A stretch of DNA of 64,000 bases from an uncultured Flavobacteriales bacterium (GTDB lineage Bacteria; Bacteroidota; Bacteroidia; Flavobacteriales_D; Sanyastnellaceae), in NCBI GenBank assembly GCA_938074325.1, contig CALJFZ010000029.1:12292-76291 (forward strand), in the 5' to 3' direction. Positions 59,574-64,000 of the stretch are shown in pieces; positions within the stretch are counted from its first letter, which is position 1; every line of letters begins with the position of its first letter. The notes under the pieces were generated by a model. That model saw nothing but the letters and a program-made list of their open reading frames with translations. It searched no databases and had not been told where the DNA came from. Both the position numbers and the translations under genes were made by a program.

Positions 59574-59660
59574 GCAACAAACACATGAGCTCTAGCATCA
59601 GGTGAATTTGGTTTAGGTTAAGCGAAGCACTGGGAAACGTCCCGGTGCTTTGTTGTTTTT
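59574..59660 (+). ncRNA. Candidate sigma54-dependent small RNA (about 85 nt)
   Basis: Lies between the sigma54 motif and a 14-bp terminator hairpin; the only ORF is six codons long. The 5' end is inferred. Confidence 0.5.
59622..59660 (+). terminator. Intrinsic terminator
   Basis: GCGAAGCACTGGGA-aacg-TCCCGGTGCTTTGT followed by TGTTTTT. Confidence 0.8.
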
Positions 59661-59771
59661 ACACATGACTGTCAATGAGTTAGGCCAGTTCCAGGGGAGA
59701 AAGTTCAGCTCTACCGCAACCAAAAGCGGACCGTGCACGTAGGAGAAGCACGATTCTTACAACTTGAACTC

Positions 59772-59957
59772 ATGTCCATTCCAGGTATCCCCATCATGCA
59801 CTCACCAAGCGCGCTCGAGCAATACAAAACGCTCATCCGCCACGTGCATGCGGAACCGGTCATGATCCGGCGCGCCATGCGAATCGCGTTCCGGAACCTG
59901 AGTCCGAAAGAATCGATTGAGCTGCGAGACTGGCTCGAAAACAGGTACCAACTTTAA
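59772..59957 (+). CDS. Small helical hypothetical protein (about 53-61 aa)
   Basis: LE.YK.L..V...L...E..ELRDWL pattern recalls a conserved Bacteroidota small-protein family; followed by a terminator. Start uncertain. Confidence 0.6.
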   Translation: MSIPGIPIMHSPSALEQYKTLIRHVHAEPVMIRRAMRIAFRNLSPKESIELRDWLENRYQL

Positions 59958-59971
59958 CTTCGAATCACAAG

Positions 59972-60001
59972 AAAAAAGCACCGACTAGCGGTGCTTTTTT
60001 T
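59972..60001. terminator. Bidirectional terminator
   Basis: AAAAAAGCACCG-actag-CGGTGCTTTTTT between convergent genes. Confidence 0.85.
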
Positions 60002-61034
60002 GATTGGTGCGGGGCGGGCGACCACCGGAGCCTCCCTGGCTCGAACGGTCCTTGTGCTCAGGCCGTGGGCCCTTGCGACTTGCTGCTTCTCGCATCGGAC
60101 GCTGCTCCCTCTCATCACCTTCTTCACGCACCTTACGTTTCCAGTTGGGTTCGGCCTTGGGGCCCTTACCGCCTTTCATGAGGTTCAAAAAAGGTTGGGG
60201 AACCCGGGATTTCACATTGATGACTTCTCCTTCTGGACCGACCACGTCCACGCCAAATAAGTGAAGTCCGGAACGACCCAGCGGGTCCGGCATCTCCTTG
60301 CCTTTGCCTATCAGCAAGCATTGCTGACGACGCAATCCACTCATCAGAAGCGGAATGTGCTCAAACCCGGCATCTATTTTCAATAATGTGTGCGCGGGAG
60401 TAGCCCGCATGGTCCGGTAGGCAAATTCGTGTTTGGTGCGCTTTTTCTTGCCCTCTTCTTGATCGAAGCAGAACAACACATCATCCGCAGGCAAATGCCC
60501 TTCAACGAGCACATACATGCGCCGTTGGAATTGCTCCCATTGGGCTTGCAGATGCTTTCGCCACACTAAATTCTTGGCGATGATGCTGATGCCTGAAGAT
60601 TCCTTTTCGATGCGATTGACAAATTGAATGCATTCGCACTTTGGACGTGCTTTGGTCATCCACGTCTTCATGGCCGTGAAGGATGTCTTCACCTGGGGCT
60701 TCGGTGACGCAAACACAATGCCCGCAGGCTTGATGTATGCGAGGATGTTTTCGTCTTCATAGACCACCTCATAAGGTGCTTTTGTGGCCTTCGCATGATC
60801 GGAAGCAGACCCGCCCAATTCAAAGTCCTTCACTTGCTTTTTTGCTGTGAGCGACTGCCAAGTCACCGTCTGACCTGCCTTCAAATCGGCTGAAGGAATC
60901 TTCAGAACCTTACCGTCGACCGTGATAGCACCTGCTTTGACCGCCGTGCGGGCACGGGTACGCGTGGAATACTGGCCGTGTTCCATCAAAAATTCCAGCA
61001 ACGGCATATCCGCCTTGACTTGCTTGCTTTCCAT
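59985..61034 (-). CDS. S4-domain RluA/RluD-like protein lacking the catalytic Asp
   Basis: S4-like N-terminus and VVYEDE..L...KPAG; HRLDxxTSG is replaced by NRIEKESSG. Promoter TACCTTCG-cgcc-ATG. Confidence 0.78.
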   Translation of the reverse strand: MESKQVKADMPLLEFLMEHGQYSTRTRARTAVKAGAITVDGKVLKIPSADLKAGQTVTWQSLTAKKQVKDFELGGSASDHAKATKAPYEVVYEDENILAYIKPAGIVFASPKPQVKTSFTAMKTWMTKARPKCECIQFVNRIEKESSGISIIAKNLVWRKHLQAQWEQFQRRMYVLVEGHLPADDVLFCFDQEEGKKKRTKHEFAYRTMRATPAHTLLKIDAGFEHIPLLMSGLRRQQCLLIGKGKEMPDPLGRSGLHLFGVDVVGPEGEVINVKSRVPQPFLNLMKGGKGPKAEPNWKRKVREEGDEREQRPMREAASRKGPRPEHKDRSSQGGSGGRPPRTNQKKHR

Positions 61035-61088
61035 GGCGCGAAGGTACTCGCTGCGGAGGCATTGCCAACCGCAACCGCGAAAGTTGAC

Positions 61089-61814
61089 TCAGTCCTCGGT
61101 CGAGGAGCTCATCGTGTGGAAGACGTTTTGAACATCATCGTCCTCTTCCAGTCGCTCAATCAATTTTTCGACTTCCGCTGTGGCTTCTGCATCCAGTTCC
61201 TTGGTCGTGTTGGGGATGCGTTCCAATCCGGACTCCACGATTTCAACTCCATCCGATTCGAGTTTTGATTGAAGCTGCCCAAACGATTCGAACGTACCCG
61301 TAATGACCAGTGCGTCTTCATCTGCACTGATTTCCTCTGCACCGTAGTCAATCAATTCTAATTCCAATTCCTCTGCATCCAGGCCCTCGGCTTTGATTTT
61401 GAAGAAACAGACGTGGTCGAACATGAATTCGACGGAACCGGACGTTCCGAGGTTGCCGTTGCATTTGTTAAAATGGCTTCGCACGTTGGCCACAGTGCGG
61501 TTGTTGTTATCCGTGGCCGTTTCCACGAAAACAGCAATTCCATGGGGCGCGTACCCTTCGAAGTTAACCTCCTTAAAGTCCGAGGTGTCCTTGTCGGTCG
61601 CTTTTTTGATGGCACGTTCGACGTTGTCCTTGGGCATGTTAGCGGCTCGGCAGTTTTGAAGCACTGCACGCAACCGAGGGTTCATATCCGGATCAGAACC
61701 GTTGCCCTCGCGGATGGCAATGATGATGTCCTTGTTCAGTCGAGCGAAGGTCTTGGACATGGCTGCCCAACGCTTAAACTTTCGTGCTTTCCGGAACTCA
61801 AATGCTCTGCCCAT
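61089..61814 (-). CDS. yebC: YebC/PmpR family protein
   Basis: MGRAFEFRK, NMPKDNVERAI, TDNNNRT and DDDVQNVF. Confidence 0.95.
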   Translation of the reverse strand: MGRAFEFRKARKFKRWAAMSKTFARLNKDIIIAIREGNGSDPDMNPRLRAVLQNCRAANMPKDNVERAIKKATDKDTSDFKEVNFEGYAPHGIAVFVETATDNNNRTVANVRSHFNKCNGNLGTSGSVEFMFDHVCFFKIKAEGLDAEELELELIDYGAEEISADEDALVITGTFESFGQLQSKLESDGVEIVESGLERIPNTTKELDAEATAEVEKLIERLEEDDDVQNVFHTMSSSTED

Positions 61815-61901
61815 GACTAAAATCTTTCCACAAATATCGGCCCTTCGATTTATTTGTCAATCCGCATTTTCACTTGACTTCCTTACTGGCTAATTTTGAG
61901 C

Positions 61902-62258
61902 ATGATGCGATGCATAGTCTTCATTTTCACTGCTTGTCTTGCGGTGGGCTGTCACTACCACGTTGAGGAGACGTTGTACGGCTCAGACTGCCCGCAAACC
62001 AACTTGGTGTATGAACCCGCCGTGCGAAACTTGATGGAAACCCATTGCACCGGTTGCCACAGCGGCGCCTTTCCAGAAAGCGGATTGGACTTGACCTCCT
62101 ACTCTTCTGTTCGTCAAGCGGCATTGGAAGGGTCACTCATTGAAGTATTGTCGCTGCCTTCAGGCAATTCCCGTTCCATGCCTCCCAACGGGACATTGGA
62201 TTCCTGCAGCATCGTTCTCATCGAAAAATGGGCCGACTTGGGGGCTCCTGAATTCTAA
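61902..62258 (+). CDS. Monoheme cytochrome c lipoprotein
   Basis: Lipobox AVGC, CTGCH, distal MPP and W...GA terminus; TAATTTTG promoter at 61891-61898. Confidence 0.8.
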   Translation: MMRCIVFIFTACLAVGCHYHVEETLYGSDCPQTNLVYEPAVRNLMETHCTGCHSGAFPESGLDLTSYSSVRQAALEGSLIEVLSLPSGNSRSMPPNGTLDSCSIVLIEKWADLGAPEF

Positions 62259-62261
62259 TCC

Positions 62262-62804
62262 ATGCGCACGTTTACTCTCTTATTCATTGCCTTCTTCTGG
62301 CATGCCGGTCTTCAAGCACAGCAATACATGACGCGAGACGGCGTGGTTGAATTCTACTCATCCACACCGGTCGAAGACATCGAAGCCGTGAATAATCAAA
62401 CCACGGCATTGCTAACCGCCGAAGGGAAATTCGCCTTCCGGGTGCCTATACTGGGTTTTCGGTTTGAACGAGCGTTGATGGAGGAACACTTCAATGAGAA
62501 TTACCTGGAGTCCACCACCTACCCCAACGGAACGTTCGAGGGACACATCCCCGGATTTGACGAAACGCACCGCGACGGAAATTGGCATGAGGTATTGGCT
62601 TATGGGACGTTGGTCATCCACGGCTTTGCGGTGGAACGGGAGATTCCATCCAAACTGAAGTGGAACGGAGAAGCTTGGGAAATCGAATCTACCTTCACGA
62701 TTCCCCCTGCAGCACACGCCATTGAGATCCCCAAAATTGTCGCGAAGAAGATTGCGGAAGAAATCGAAGTGAAGGTTCGTGCTACCTTGAGCCCACGCTC
62801 ATGA
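62262..62804 (+). CDS. YceI family (polyisoprenoid-binding) protein
   Basis: Signal peptide, FYSSTPVEDIEA, ALMEEHFNENYLES and G.L.IHG. Confidence 0.88.
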   Translation: MRTFTLLFIAFFWHAGLQAQQYMTRDGVVEFYSSTPVEDIEAVNNQTTALLTAEGKFAFRVPILGFRFERALMEEHFNENYLESTTYPNGTFEGHIPGFDETHRDGNWHEVLAYGTLVIHGFAVEREIPSKLKWNGEAWEIESTFTIPPAAHAIEIPKIVAKKIAEEIEVKVRATLSPRS

Positions 62805-63673
62805 GGTTTACTTATATCTTGCTCTTCGGCCTGTGTTTGTTTGCTGGAACGGCGAAACATACCGCAACGGCTCAAAGCCTACTCGACGGCCTTGAGGTGG
62901 CGCCCTTGGTGATTACTCCTGTATCGGCCACATTCAAAGACACCCGGATCATCAATGTTCAGAGCAATGAAACGCCGGGCAAAAACGTGCTTCATTTCGT
63001 GATCGCCCACCGCTTTGGCCAAATCAATGAGGGCGCCTACGCGCTCTGGGGCTTGGACAACGCGAGCATGCGCATGGCCTTTGATTATGGCGTCACTAAT
63101 CGTCTAGCTGTGGGCGTAGCGCGCAGCACCTTCCAAAAGACCTACGAGGCCAATGTGAAGTGGCGGGCACTTCGGCAAAACTCAGACAACAGCATGCCAA
63201 TCAGCCTGACGCTGTATTCCGTGGCCATGGCTAATGGGTTGCGCTGGGCAGACCCCACCCGAGAAAACCTCTTCTCCTCTCGATTGAGCTATGTCCACCA
63301 AGCCATTTTTGCCAAAAAGTGGGGGTCGAATCTGAGCCTGGCGTTCATTCCTTCGTTTATCCACCGCAATTTGGTTGAAAGCCTCGCAGACGCACACGAC
63401 CAGTGGACGCTTGGAGTCGGCGGCAGGTACAAGGTGACTTCTCGCGCCAGCATCAATGCAGAGTATCACTACGCTCTCGCCGGATTGCCCACCGATCACG
63501 TCAACAGCTTATCACTTGGCATGGATATTGAGACCGGAGGGCATGTCTTCCAGTTGCATGTCACGAATTCTCAAGGAATGTTCGAACGAGCATTTCTCAC
63601 CGAGACCGGTGGCAGGTGGCGGGACGGCGCCCTCTATTTTGGCTTCAATTTGAGCCGCGTTTTTGACTTTTAA
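62801..63673 (+). CDS. DUF5777-like outer-membrane beta-barrel protein
   Basis: I.HRFG, G.DIETGGHVFQL, and terminal GFNLSRVFDF. Confidence 0.82.
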   Translation: MRFTYILLFGLCLFAGTAKHTATAQSLLDGLEVAPLVITPVSATFKDTRIINVQSNETPGKNVLHFVIAHRFGQINEGAYALWGLDNASMRMAFDYGVTNRLAVGVARSTFQKTYEANVKWRALRQNSDNSMPISLTLYSVAMANGLRWADPTRENLFSSRLSYVHQAIFAKKWGSNLSLAFIPSFIHRNLVESLADAHDQWTLGVGGRYKVTSRASINAEYHYALAGLPTDHVNSLSLGMDIETGGHVFQLHVTNSQGMFERAFLTETGGRWRDGALYFGFNLSRVFDF

Positions 63674-63684
63674 TTTCCTCGCAA

Positions 63685-64000
63685 ATGATCCGTACCCTCA
63701 TCCTCGCCGTTTTCGCCTTGGCCAGTTCGATGGCAGCATCAGCACACTGCCCGACTGACTCCACGACCACTGAGAAAAAACGCCCTGTTGAATCGAAAGG
63801 CAACTGGAGTGGCATTTCATTCAATGCCTTGTCAATGGCCCAATTTCAAGGGAACCTCGAGAATTATGATGCCACTTGGGGAGCGCGGGAAGACCTGGGG
63901 CTCATTACGGACGACGCATTTGAGTCCTTTCGTTTATCGATCAATCCGTTCGAGAAGCGTCAAAAGTTGCTTGGGGAATTTTTCGGAATCACGACGGGCA
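63685..64000 (+). CDS. Exported protein, possibly an outer-membrane beta-barrel (3' end outside window)
   Basis: ATG 63685 MIRTLILAVFALASSMAASA signal peptide; frame is open to the window end. Confidence 0.6.
   Translation, partial: MIRTLILAVFALASSMAASAHCPTDSTTTEKKRPVESKGNWSGISFNALSMAQFQGNLENYDATWGAREDLGLITDDAFESFRLSINPFEKRQKLLGEFFGITTG

Noticed and set aside
1..64000. CRISPR arrays, IS elements, prophage, rRNA or defence islands
   Set aside because: No spaced direct repeats, transposases, phage genes or rRNA-like sequence were seen, and intergenic gaps are short.

Overview
Gene-dense, mostly housekeeping 64-kb chromosomal segment of a Bacteroidota, most likely a Flavobacteriales bacterium. 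The assignment rests on T9SS type A and B cargo proteins, TamL, the short Bacteroidota primary sigma factor and TAnnTTTG promoters. It holds about 55 CDS (including rpsA, pyrR-pyrB, rnz, ilvE, msrA, split transketolase, ychF, clpC, gyrA, comEC, rpoD, pnp, rpsO, accD and yebC), one tRNA-Ser(UGA) and a probable dif site at 26755-26782, so the window may span the replication terminus. I saw no CRISPR array, transposase or prophage. The most notable observations are: (i) two intact ORFs that have lost their catalytic residues, a DapA-fold and an S4-RluA-fold protein; (ii) a candidate sigma54-driven sRNA of about 85 nt plus several other sigma54-type promoters; (iii) an unannotated His-rich 33-aa ORF after a ZIP transporter, with its last codons forming its terminator; (iv) recurrent TAnnTTTG-N4-ATG spacing that implies leaderless mRNAs; (v) a cytochrome c lipoprotein / YceI / beta-barrel operon of unknown function; (vi) an orphan SiaB-SiaC pair abutting an ABCG-type transporter with an FHA-like segment. 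Family calls are from motif recognition by eye; no database searches were run.
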